From: an uncultured Nitrososphaerota archaeon
Lineage (GTDB): Archaea; Thermoproteota; Nitrososphaeria; Nitrososphaerales; Gagatemarchaeaceae
Direction of reading: 5' to 3'
Assembly: GCA_963718895.1 (NCBI GenBank)
Contig: CAVRAG010000008.1
Span: 1,056,001 to 1,120,000, forward strand
DNA length: 64,000 nt
Positions 8,578 to 17,742 of this stretch are shown here, piece after piece (the first letter of the stretch is position 1; every line of letters begins with the position of its first letter). The position numbers and the translations under genes were made by a program. The notes under the pieces were generated by a model. The model did not search any database. It was given only the letters and a program-made list of their open reading frames with translations, and was not told the origin of the DNA.

Positions 8578-8766
8578 ATGGGCCTGACCGGTTCACTCTG
8601 GCCGAAAGACGCACGGCTTGGCACGCTCGACGCGAAGCTCGAGGGGATTGGCAGAGCAACTGCGGTGCTCGGCCGCGTCTCGGATGACCGCGCAACCACC
8701 GCATCGACATCGTGCGAAGAGGCTGCGATGAAAGCGCGCGCCGAGCTAGTCCATTCGACTCCGTGA
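8578..8766 (+). CDS. Small hypothetical protein, possible first gene of the ATPase operon
   Basis: ATG about 25 nt after a TATA-like box; TGA overlaps GTG start of the ATPase (GTGA). Confidence 0.4.
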   Translation: MGLTGSLWPKDARLGTLDAKLEGIGRATAVLGRVSDDRATTASTSCEEAAMKARAELVHSTP

Positions 8767-11720
8767 GGCGATTGGGGCTCTACTCTTTCCTTGCGAAGGT
8801 CATCGTCCTCGCGGCCATCCTTCTGGTCGGCTTCGTCCTAGCGGGGGCGCTGCTCGACGCAGTGACCTGGACCTCCGCCGCCATCGGGCTCCGCCAGGGG
8901 TCCAGCTCGCCGTTCGAGCTGTACTCCGGCGACGCCCTGGTCCTCAGCGTCTACGCGTGCGTCGCCGTCCTCTTCACGGTCCCCGCCTCGCTCGCCCTGG
9001 TCGGTCACGCCGGCGCGTGGCTCAGGATCGTCGCGGCGAGGTCCGCCAAGTACCTCGGCGCGGCGCTGGTCTGCGCGTGCGGGGTCTATCTCGCCGGCAA
9101 CGCGGCGGTGGACCTCACAGCCGGCGTCGGAGGGCTGGAGGACGGCCTCGAGGCAGGGGTGCTGCTGGTCTCAGCGGCAGCCCTCCTGCTCCTCCTCGTC
9201 TCGAGGGTCGCTCTCCTGAAGGCGGGGGGTCACCTGTTCGAAGGGGTGGCGGGAGCCGCGGGGGCGGTGCGTAGTCGGAGCCTCGCCCGGGCCAGCGTCG
9301 AGCTGAGGGCCACGCCCACGGAGCGGATCCGGGAGAAGGAGAGGCCCGAGAGGATACGCTCGGAGGCGATCAGGGTCCAGAGGCTCGTCCAGAGCCTCAC
9401 CTCGGCGGGCGGGCGGGTGGAGTTCAGGCTGGGCTTCACCGAGGGCAGGGGGAAGGTGGCCGTCTCGGTTTGCCGCCACACCTCCGCTGAGGAGCTGCAG
9501 CGATGGCTGCTCTCAATGGTCAAGGCGCATCTCCCAGAGTACGACCCGGTGGGCCCCGTCCAGCCCTCCGTCCGGAGGGGAGTCGGCCGGTGCGTCCCCG
9601 TCGGCGGCGTCCCCGAGGCGGTCGAGAACCCCCTCGAGCCCCTCTCACGATACTTCCTCGAGAACGGCCTCTCCGGCGAGTACGTCGCGGTCCTCGAGAA
9701 GAGGCGGGCGAACCCGTTCAGGAGGCTCGCCGTGAGGGCCGAGCAGAGGCAAACGGCCGGGAGGTCGGGCGGCCAGCTGACGAGGCAGCCAACGCTCGCG
9801 GGCGAGCAGCGTTCCACACAGATTCGGGACCACGCGGAGGAGATGCGGCTCGAAGACTCCGTCAAGACCGTGGAGAGGCACGAGTCGAGCCTCTCCCTGA
9901 GGTGCTGGGTGTGGGTGACGGCCTACTCGGCCCTCCGCAGGGACGCCGAGCTCGCTGCCAAGGGCGCGTCCTCCGTCCTGGTGGGCGCGCTCTCCGGCCA
10001 CACGCCAGGCTCGACCCTGAAGGTCGGCCCTGCGCGGGACCCTCCGGTCACCCCGGATACGTGTGGAAACCCAACCCTTCTCCTGCCCGGCGAGGCGGTG
10101 CCCTATGCCTGGATGCCCCAGCATGCCATGGGCATGGCCATCGTCCCGTCCTCCGAGTTCGAGCTCCCGCCGAAGCTAGAGGGGGAGATACTGCTGGGGA
10201 GGGTGGTCGTCCACTCGGCCCCGACCGAGCACGAGGCCAGGATACCCGTCGACGCACTGAAGAAGCACCTCTTCCTCACGGGGATGACCGGCACCGGCAA
10301 GACCACCTCCAGCTTCAGCCTGCTCACCCAGCTCTACCGGCTCGGGGTCCCGTTCCTGGTCGTGGAGCCCGTCAAGAGCGAGTACCGCGCCCTCGCGGCG
10401 ACGATCCCGGGCCTGCAGGTGTTCACCCTGGGTGACGAGGGGACCGCCCCCTTCCGGCTGAACATCTTCGAGCCGCCCTCGGGGGTGAGGATACAGACCC
10501 ACCTGGAGAACCTCGAGGCCGCGTGGAACGCCAGCTTCGTCATGTACGCGCCCCTCCCATATGTCATCAAGGAGGTCCTCGCAGAGACCTACCGCGCCAG
10601 CGACTGGGACCTGCGGGACGACAGGAGGGGCAGGCCGATCACCCTCGAGGACTTCCGTGCGCAGTGCGAGAGGGTCTCGAGGAGGCTCGGCTACGAGCCG
10701 AAGGTGACGATGGACATCGAGGCGGCCCTCAGGACCAGGATGACCAGCCTCACGCTCGGCGGCAAGGGGCCGATGTTCGACTCGACCGCGTCGACCCCGG
10801 TCGAGGACGTGTTCAGGCGGCCGACGGTCATCGAGCTCAAGCGGATCCCCAACAACGAGGAGAAGGCGTTCGTCGCGTCCCTGATCCTCATGAACCTCGT
10901 CGAGTACATCGAGGCCAAGGGTTCGTCGAGGCAGCTGAGGCACGTCACCGTCATCGAGGAGGCCCACAGGCTCCTGCCCAACGTCTCCGCGGGGAAGGGC
11001 GACCCCGAGAGCGCAGACCCGCGGAAGAGGATGGTGGAGCAGTTCGCCAGCATGCTCGCCGAGGTCCGCGCCTACGGGGAGGGGCTGGTCATCGTCGAGC
11101 AGATCCCGACGAAGATAATCCCCGACGCCATGAAGAACACGGCCACGAAGGTCGCCCACAGGGTCGCGGCGGCCGACGACAGGGAGGCGCTCGCGGGCGC
11201 CATGAACCTCACGAAGGAGCAGGCGGCCGTCTTCGCGGCGCTACAGCCGGGGGAGGCGATAGTGAGCCTGGAGAGGCACGCCCTCCCCGTAAGGGTCCTG
11301 GTCCCGAACGTCGTCGAGGAGGCCGGGATGCCGGTCGGGGAGGTCGGCGACGAGGAGGTCAGGCGCCTCATGGCCGACTACTACCTGCGGAACCCGCTAC
11401 CCAAGGCGCCGCCGGGCCTGGTCGAGGACGGGATACTCTCCATTGTGGACACGGACTGGTTCAAGGTCAGGTTCAGAGAGGCGTACCGCATCTGGTTGGG
11501 CACAGGGAGCGCGGCCCCGCTCGCTGACCTGCTCGTGGACTCGGCGAGGAGACATCCGGGCGGCGGCGGGGAGGATGGGGAGACGCTGGAGGTGGCAGCC
11601 AAGATACTCTCCATGGCGGTGGCGTTCTACCTGCCCTTCGACGAGGAGGACCGGTCGAAGTTCCCGAGGCTGTTCATGTCCCAGGTGGAGAGGTCGATGA
11701 GGAATGGAAGGTGCGGGTGA
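8763..11720 (+). CDS. Membrane-anchored HerA/FtsK/VirB4-superfamily ATPase (DUF87 type)
   Basis: Four N-terminal TM helices; KHLFLTGMTGTGKT Walker A; VIEEAHRLL Walker B; EVRAYGEG arginine finger; IVEQIP. Confidence 0.9.
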   Translation: MRRLGLYSFLAKVIVLAAILLVGFVLAGALLDAVTWTSAAIGLRQGSSSPFELYSGDALVLSVYACVAVLFTVPASLALVGHAGAWLRIVAARSAKYLGAALVCACGVYLAGNAAVDLTAGVGGLEDGLEAGVLLVSAAALLLLLVSRVALLKAGGHLFEGVAGAAGAVRSRSLARASVELRATPTERIREKERPERIRSEAIRVQRLVQSLTSAGGRVEFRLGFTEGRGKVAVSVCRHTSAEELQRWLLSMVKAHLPEYDPVGPVQPSVRRGVGRCVPVGGVPEAVENPLEPLSRYFLENGLSGEYVAVLEKRRANPFRRLAVRAEQRQTAGRSGGQLTRQPTLAGEQRSTQIRDHAEEMRLEDSVKTVERHESSLSLRCWVWVTAYSALRRDAELAAKGASSVLVGALSGHTPGSTLKVGPARDPPVTPDTCGNPTLLLPGEAVPYAWMPQHAMGMAIVPSSEFELPPKLEGEILLGRVVVHSAPTEHEARIPVDALKKHLFLTGMTGTGKTTSSFSLLTQLYRLGVPFLVVEPVKSEYRALAATIPGLQVFTLGDEGTAPFRLNIFEPPSGVRIQTHLENLEAAWNASFVMYAPLPYVIKEVLAETYRASDWDLRDDRRGRPITLEDFRAQCERVSRRLGYEPKVTMDIEAALRTRMTSLTLGGKGPMFDSTASTPVEDVFRRPTVIELKRIPNNEEKAFVASLILMNLVEYIEAKGSSRQLRHVTVIEEAHRLLPNVSAGKGDPESADPRKRMVEQFASMLAEVRAYGEGLVIVEQIPTKIIPDAMKNTATKVAHRVAAADDREALAGAMNLTKEQAAVFAALQPGEAIVSLERHALPVRVLVPNVVEEAGMPVGEVGDEEVRRLMADYYLRNPLPKAPPGLVEDGILSIVDTDWFKVRFREAYRIWLGTGSAAPLADLLVDSARRHPGGGGEDGETLEVAAKILSMAVAFYLPFDEEDRSKFPRLFMSQVERSMRNGRCG

Positions 11721-14700
11721 CAGGAGGGAGCAGCGCGACTCGCGCGAGGCACCAGACGGCGGGCTCGATGACTACAGGGTGGAGCTCGCGAAGAAGTACC
11801 GCGAGCCTGCCGGCGAGGAGGGCAAGAAGGAGCAGGCAGACATCCGGGAGCGGTCGAACGACGACGGAGGAAGACGGGTGGGAACGGACCCTGAGAGGGG
11901 CGAGAGACCAGCCGGGAGCGAGAATCAGAATCCGCATAGATACGAAGGCGATGGCGAGGCTACAGGACGGGTCAGCCAACCGCGTGAGCAGAGGGAAAGA
12001 ACCTCCAAGGCTGTCCACAAGGACGAATCGCCTCGCTCGGACGAGCCAAGAGACACAGAGTCGTCAAGAGGGCGAGCATCGAGTGCGGGACGCGCCGGAC
12101 CAAGTGAGGGACAGCCCAGCGAGAATGGAGGGACGGACCGGGCCGGTTCGGCAGCCGGGAGTCCCGAGTCGAGATCAGAAAACAGCGGTGGCGAGGAACT
12201 AGAGCGGTTCAGGAAGGATGTCAGAGACAAGTACCCTGAGTCAGAACACAGTGGGAGGCAGAACGAGGGCTCGATCGAGGAGGAAAGGAAATCGCTGCAG
12301 CGTGGGAATCCTGCCGACGAGAAAGCGGGACCGGCCCAATTCTCGGAGAGAGGTGAAAAGCCGATGGACCCTGACGAAGAAAGACGGACGGCTGCACCCG
12401 GCATTGATGGTCGTGGTGCCGGCCAGGAAGTCCACGAACCGAGGGAGGTTCCGCAAGGCCGGAACCAAGAGGAGAACGAAGGTCCACCGGTGAAGGCTGG
12501 TGGAGGGACTAGAATCGACGGCGATAGCAGGTCACATGATCGCCCGGAGCGCGGGCCTTTTGCGACGGCCGACGGCCCCGAACCGCGCACAGAACGCGAA
12601 GGTCACCGAGAAATAGGGCGGGCGGAGGGAGACGGAGGCAATCAGTCTGCGAAAGTTGAGGATTCACGCAGCGGCGTTGTAGCCATCGAAGAAGATGGTC
12701 ATTCGTCCCAGGACAGGAATCGGGCGAGCGAAACGGCGGAGTCAGTTCGGAGTTTGGGAACCGAAGCCCCGCCACCCCCGATGCACTCTGGTTCCCCAGA
12801 AAGCAAAGCGCAGGAGACCGTCGTAAATGACCAGGTGGAGCAGAATCAGAGTGTTCCAGCTGAGCGCGACCCATCGAGGAGCTTGGATTCTCGGGAATCC
12901 GTTAACACTCATCAAAAGGCCGAGTCTAACGATGGCAAAGGACATGCCAAGATCGACGCAGCCGAGGTCAGACTCCGGGAGAGTTCGACAACGAACAGAC
13001 CGAGCGAGCAGGCCGAACCTCATACTGACCTTGGCTCGAAAGCCAAGCCGGCATCGGAAGAGGGGGTCGCTCGACTCGAGCAGGTCAAAGAGCCCCCTGG
13101 TGCGAAAGGCTCGGTAGATTCCGAACCAGACAAGTTGCCCGCGAGGGCAATGGGGGTCAAGTCCGAGAACAAGGAATCCGAACTAGAACCCTCCCTCAGC
13201 GACGATAAAGTGCAAAAGATAGCAGCGATCGATGAGAGTGCATCATCGAGTGCACAGGAAGGACGGCACGAAACTCTCGATCCAGAGACCGCCGTCAGTC
13301 AGGGTAGGGCAGCGAATCCAAGAGAGACGAATGGGACTGAGAGCGGGGCCAACCCGGAACTCGGCGAACTTCAATCACAACATGAACTGAGAGGCGGACG
13401 GCCCGAAAGCCGAATGGACCGCGGTCAGGACAGGTCCGAAAAACCAGAACTTCAAACCATTCAGGCGAAGCTGGACTCGGATTCAGCGGCTAGACATGAG
13501 GCTCGGCCAGATGCTGCTGAGCAGCGGCCGTTGGCAGTCTTCCCACGAACGATCTACACCGTGGACAATCCGGACCACAAACTTCGATGGGATATGCACA
13601 TTCCTACCTTCAAGGCAAGAACCGGTGTCACCCTCGGGGAGGGCAAGATACACCACATCAAGGGGACCATAGATGGGAAATACGACTTCGAGGCGAGGCA
13701 CTTCAAAGGCAAGAGGCTGGTAGTGACCGTTCCGAAGGAGTACACCGATAAGTTAACGCCTGGGAAGCACATGGTAGTGATACACTCTGTCGAGGAAAAG
13801 AGGCAATTTGTTGCGTTTCCTCGGGGAAGTGACCGGACGATAATCGCTTTGAGAAAATCCGCAGTTGAGTCACTGGCAATCGGCAATGTGGAACGCGGTA
13901 GGGCGATTATTGAGATGGAGATGCGGAACCGATCGAAGCCCAATGATCCGCCCGTGAAAATTTTCGCTCACATAGCAGAATACAATGGAGGAGTAAGATT
14001 GTACATGAAAAAGTTCGGGGCGCGCGAGAGAGATGCCTACGAGATGACCCGTGCAGAAAGACTTTCGGTGAAGGACTTCATAGGCCGCTTCAACGCCCAG
14101 AAATCAGAAGAATTCAAGAATGTGCGGCTTGAATTGGAGGGAAACAGGCTTGGCATCCAGGTAGACGAAAACAAGTTTCCATTCAAGGAATATCGGTTGT
14201 GCACCAGTGATTCAAAGGCGCTGCTGAGGACAAGGCTGGATTTCTACAAGATGGAACTGAGATTCTGGTACGATGGAGAGAAGTTCAGGGCGAGATTTGG
14301 GGTATACCCAATCACAGAATTTAGGATTCGGAATGGCAAACCGAAGTTTGAACACTCGGCTAATCCAAGTTTGGTCGCCCAGAGAGTCACACACTTTGAG
14401 TCGATGAGGACAAGGAACACGGAAAGGCTCCACGAGGTAGCTCTGATGGAGAGAATCAACCTAACTTCAAGACCAGAGGGAATTGATGGAAGGTACGCGT
14501 TTGAGGTAACTCAGGAACTACGTGATTACGTCAAGAAGAAACTTGAAGGTGCGTCTACGTTGCGGAAGTTCACCACTCTCAAAGGAACGCTGGGAGAAAG
14601 GATGGCCCCTTTCATAATTAGAGATGACTGGGACCTTATCGCGGAACATCCAGATGTGAAGATGCCAAAGACTTTGAGTTGTCACAGGCCTGGTCCCGAC

Positions 14701-14925
14701 CTTCTGATGGGGTTGAAGACGACAAAGGAGTTCAATTATTTCGAGGTGAAATGGTATGACAACGTTGCTCAGGCCCTTGCAAGCGGATCCAAGGATGCGC
14801 GTAAGCATCTTCGTGAGAAGCGGAAATCCAACAAATATGGAAAGATTGTGGGCGCTTATGTAGCTGCATTAGATTGGAATCCTGAAGAGATGGATGGGAA
14901 TCTCCATGTCAAAAGAGCGAAATAA
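11704..14925 (+). CDS. Large protein: ~600-aa charged disordered N-half, beta-rich middle, C-terminal PD-(D/E)xK nuclease; putative polymorphic toxin
   Basis: GTLGE...GPDLL...YFEVKW motif at the extreme C-terminus; overlaps both neighbours. Confidence 0.7.
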   Translation: MEGAGDRREQRDSREAPDGGLDDYRVELAKKYREPAGEEGKKEQADIRERSNDDGGRRVGTDPERGERPAGSENQNPHRYEGDGEATGRVSQPREQRERTSKAVHKDESPRSDEPRDTESSRGRASSAGRAGPSEGQPSENGGTDRAGSAAGSPESRSENSGGEELERFRKDVRDKYPESEHSGRQNEGSIEEERKSLQRGNPADEKAGPAQFSERGEKPMDPDEERRTAAPGIDGRGAGQEVHEPREVPQGRNQEENEGPPVKAGGGTRIDGDSRSHDRPERGPFATADGPEPRTEREGHREIGRAEGDGGNQSAKVEDSRSGVVAIEEDGHSSQDRNRASETAESVRSLGTEAPPPPMHSGSPESKAQETVVNDQVEQNQSVPAERDPSRSLDSRESVNTHQKAESNDGKGHAKIDAAEVRLRESSTTNRPSEQAEPHTDLGSKAKPASEEGVARLEQVKEPPGAKGSVDSEPDKLPARAMGVKSENKESELEPSLSDDKVQKIAAIDESASSSAQEGRHETLDPETAVSQGRAANPRETNGTESGANPELGELQSQHELRGGRPESRMDRGQDRSEKPELQTIQAKLDSDSAARHEARPDAAEQRPLAVFPRTIYTVDNPDHKLRWDMHIPTFKARTGVTLGEGKIHHIKGTIDGKYDFEARHFKGKRLVVTVPKEYTDKLTPGKHMVVIHSVEEKRQFVAFPRGSDRTIIALRKSAVESLAIGNVERGRAIIEMEMRNRSKPNDPPVKIFAHIAEYNGGVRLYMKKFGARERDAYEMTRAERLSVKDFIGRFNAQKSEEFKNVRLELEGNRLGIQVDENKFPFKEYRLCTSDSKALLRTRLDFYKMELRFWYDGEKFRARFGVYPITEFRIRNGKPKFEHSANPSLVAQRVTHFESMRTRNTERLHEVALMERINLTSRPEGIDGRYAFEVTQELRDYVKKKLEGASTLRKFTTLKGTLGERMAPFIIRDDWDLIAEHPDVKMPKTLSCHRPGPDLLMGLKTTKEFNYFEVKWYDNVAQALASGSKDARKHLREKRKSNKYGKIVGAYVAALDWNPEEMDGNLHVKRAK

Positions 14926-15538
14926 ATTGGAGGATTCGATGAAGGAAGTCGCGGCGGTCTGCGACGCCATGTCGGATTGGACAGGGGCAAAATACGCCAT
15001 CATGCCCCCCGAAGATTGTCATCGCAGCTCTAATCCACCGAAATGGTTCATATTTGCGGATGACATAGACGAGTGTGAGTCTACTGCACATGCGGAGGCT
15101 CTGTGGAAGGACGATTCTGAAGTAATATGGATTGAATCGTACGAGCTCGGAGATACAACGAGTTGGGCCGAGCTAGACTACGGTGAGAAAGGGGCTATCG
15201 AATCGAGCGAGATGGACCTGACGGAATTCTCGAAGCCCGAGGTTCGAAGGAACTATGGGAATCGCTTCCCTATCGTTTATGAGTACCTCGTCGGGTATGA
15301 AAGCATACTCGCTGAGGTCTCAGCCGAGTACGGGGTGAATCTCCAGATGAGATACGCGGCCGAGGAAGGGGTCGCCTATTTCTATATGGACGCCGGGATA
15401 GACATGCGCGGGCTTGATCTCGATTCAATCCTTGAGAAGATTCGATTGAATGTCAAGGCTCTGGCGATGGCCTCAGAATCCATTGACAACTACGAAGAGA
15501 AGCAAGCTGCCTTCTATGAGAAGAACATGGCCGGCTAG
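14906..15538 (+). CDS. Acidic hypothetical protein; putative immunity protein
   Basis: Start overlaps the nuclease gene stop; D/E-rich; alternative ATG at 14894. Confidence 0.65.
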   Translation: MSKERNKLEDSMKEVAAVCDAMSDWTGAKYAIMPPEDCHRSSNPPKWFIFADDIDECESTAHAEALWKDDSEVIWIESYELGDTTSWAELDYGEKGAIESSEMDLTEFSKPEVRRNYGNRFPIVYEYLVGYESILAEVSAEYGVNLQMRYAAEEGVAYFYMDAGIDMRGLDLDSILEKIRLNVKALAMASESIDNYEEKQAAFYEKNMAG

Positions 15539-16536
15539 GTAACCTCCTCGCCCGGCCACATCATAGCCCGGAGCTTCTTTCCGACGACCTCGATCTGGTG
15601 CTTGTCCAGTTCGGCCATATACTTGTCGAACGACTGCTTCCCCTCCTTTTCGTAGACACTCACCCATTCCTTCGCGAACGTGCCATCCTGGATCTGCGTT
15701 AGGACCTTCTTCATGTTCTTCTTGACGTTCTGGTCGAGGGCCACCTTGCCTCTCGTGAGGCCGCCGTAGCGGGCCGTCTCGCTGACCCTTCGGTACATGC
15801 CCGCGATGCCGTATTTCTGGACGAGGTCGACGATCAGGCGCAGCTCATGTAATGTTTCGTAGTACGCCCCCTCTGGACTGTACCCGGCTTCGACGAGGGT
15901 CTCGAACGAGTCCTTCACCATGTTCTCCACGCCGCCGCAGAGGTCCACCTGCTCGCCGAACCAGTCCGTCTCGACCTCCTCCCTGAAAGTCGTCTCTAGT
16001 ATGCCCGCCCTCGAGCACCCGGTCGCCTTTGCCATCCCGAGTATCCTGTCCCAGGCCTTGCCGGAGTAGTCCTTCTCCACTGCGACGAGCGCTGGCGTCC
16101 CGAAGTTCTGAAGGTAGAGCTCGCGGACCCGCTGGCCCGGCGCCTTGGGGGCGAGCATTATCACGTCGGCCGTCTTTGGGGGGACAATCCACTTCCAGTG
16201 TATCGCCGCACCATGCGAGAAGGAGAGCGCGGCGCCTCTAGCGAGGTTCGGCGCTATCTCGTTCTTGTAGATGCTGGCTTGCTGCATATCCGGCGCCAGC
16301 ACGTGGACGATGTCCGCCTTCTTCGTCGCCTCCGGGACCGTCATCACCTTGTGGCCCTCCTTCTTCGCCTTCGCCCAGCTCTTGCCTCCCTCCCGCAGTC
16401 CGACGACGACCTTGATCCCAGAGTCCCTCATATTGGAAGCCTGAGCGGAGCCCTGGATCCCGTAGCCGATCACCGCGATGGTCTCGCCCTTCAGCGGGGC
16501 AAGACTGAGCTGTTCGTCCTTCCAGATTCTGACCAT
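15535..16536 (-). CDS. ilvC: Ketol-acid reductoisomerase
   Basis: IAVIGYGIQG, FSHG, APKAPG, EVETDWFGEQ, SETARYG. Confidence 0.97.
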   Translation of the reverse strand: MVRIWKDEQLSLAPLKGETIAVIGYGIQGSAQASNMRDSGIKVVVGLREGGKSWAKAKKEGHKVMTVPEATKKADIVHVLAPDMQQASIYKNEIAPNLARGAALSFSHGAAIHWKWIVPPKTADVIMLAPKAPGQRVRELYLQNFGTPALVAVEKDYSGKAWDRILGMAKATGCSRAGILETTFREEVETDWFGEQVDLCGGVENMVKDSFETLVEAGYSPEGAYYETLHELRLIVDLVQKYGIAGMYRRVSETARYGGLTRGKVALDQNVKKNMKKVLTQIQDGTFAKEWVSVYEKEGKQSFDKYMAELDKHQIEVVGKKLRAMMWPGEEVT

Positions 16537-16647
16537 GATTCTTGCGATGATGCGTCCCATCCACCGGATATAAGTCTAGGAGAGCCAGCTGAACTGTCCA
16601 TCACCGATTGGGCCGATGGCAGTTGCCGGGTCAGACGAGGCGCGGTG

Positions 16648-17586
16648 CTAGAAGGTCGAGACTACGTCGTTTCCGAAGGTAGTCACGGCCTCCAGCTCGC
16701 GTCTAGGGTCGAAGGAGAATATCAGGTAGTCGATTCCGGCTTCCCTGAACGTCTCTACTTCCCGACGTATCTCTTCCGGAGTCCCGTACGTCAGGAACTC
16801 TTTCATCCTCTCCTTCGTCATGCCGCTACCCATCTGCTCGAACCCCCTCTCTATGCCCTCCCTGTCGCCGAAGATGACCCTCCCCAACTTCGACTTGATG
16901 ATGGAATCGTAATCCCTCCCCACGTCTTTGCAGTGTTCGCGCAGGATGCCCAGCTTCCTCTTCACCGTCTCCGGCGATCCGAAGATGTTGGAGGCGTCTC
17001 CGTACCTGGCGACGGTCCTCAGCGTCCGTCTCTCGCCGCCTCCGCCTATCAGAATCGGGGGGTGCGGCTTCTGTATCGGCTTGGGGTTGCAGTAGGCGTC
17101 TCGCAGCTGGTAGAACTTCCCATCAAAGCTGGCTTTGTCGTCGGTCCACATCCGTCGAATCACCTGAACAGCCTCGTCCAGGCGCTGCAACCTCTCCTTC
17201 GTCGCCGGGAACGGTATCCCGTACGCGGAAGCCTCCTGGTCGTTCCAGGCGGCACCGATACCCATGAAGAGCCTACCCTTGCTCAGCACGTCCAGGGTCG
17301 CGCCCATCTTGGCGAGGACGGACGGGTGCCTGTAGGCGTTCCCCGTGACCATCGTGCCGAGCTTGATCTTCGATGTCAGACCAGCCAGCGCCGATATGGT
17401 CACCCATCCTTCGAGCATGGGCTCTTGTGGCTGACCAACACTCGGAATCTGATGAAAGTGATCCATCACCCAGAAGGAGTCGTAACCGAGATCCTCTCCC
17501 CTGACGGCAACGTTCTTGACTGTATCCACGATCGCTACGCCGTCGCCGTCGAACGTGAAGCTCGGGTGCTGGATGCCGAATTTCAT
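16648..17586 (-). CDS. LLM-class (F420-dependent) oxidoreductase
   Basis: WVMDHF, YRHPSVLAKMGATLDVLSKGR, PPILIGGGGE. Confidence 0.92.
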   Translation of the reverse strand: MKFGIQHPSFTFDGDGVAIVDTVKNVAVRGEDLGYDSFWVMDHFHQIPSVGQPQEPMLEGWVTISALAGLTSKIKLGTMVTGNAYRHPSVLAKMGATLDVLSKGRLFMGIGAAWNDQEASAYGIPFPATKERLQRLDEAVQVIRRMWTDDKASFDGKFYQLRDAYCNPKPIQKPHPPILIGGGGERRTLRTVARYGDASNIFGSPETVKRKLGILREHCKDVGRDYDSIIKSKLGRVIFGDREGIERGFEQMGSGMTKERMKEFLTYGTPEEIRREVETFREAGIDYLIFSFDPRRELEAVTTFGNDVVSTF

Positions 17587-17742
17587 GTTGATTCATCGGG
17601 CAGGGTGCTATTGAAGGTTCTCTCAATGAAGCTAGAGAACCCGTCGCCCGCATGTCTTCCCAGCGGGTCCGCGCCTCGTTGGTATCAGAGCTCACTGCAC
17701 TTCGCTTATATGCACCTCATTCCGGAAACCGGCCAGATTTCA

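Noticed and set aside
8763-11720. ATPase as the housekeeping HerA of the HerA-NurA repair operon
   Set aside because: Has TM helices instead of a HAS barrel, and no nurA/mre11/rad50 neighbours.
16198-17742. 1010-aa ORF apparently extending IlvD at the N-terminus
   Set aside because: The first ~515 codons are the antisense of ilvC and the LLM gene; IlvD homology and a TATA box begin near 17705-17743.
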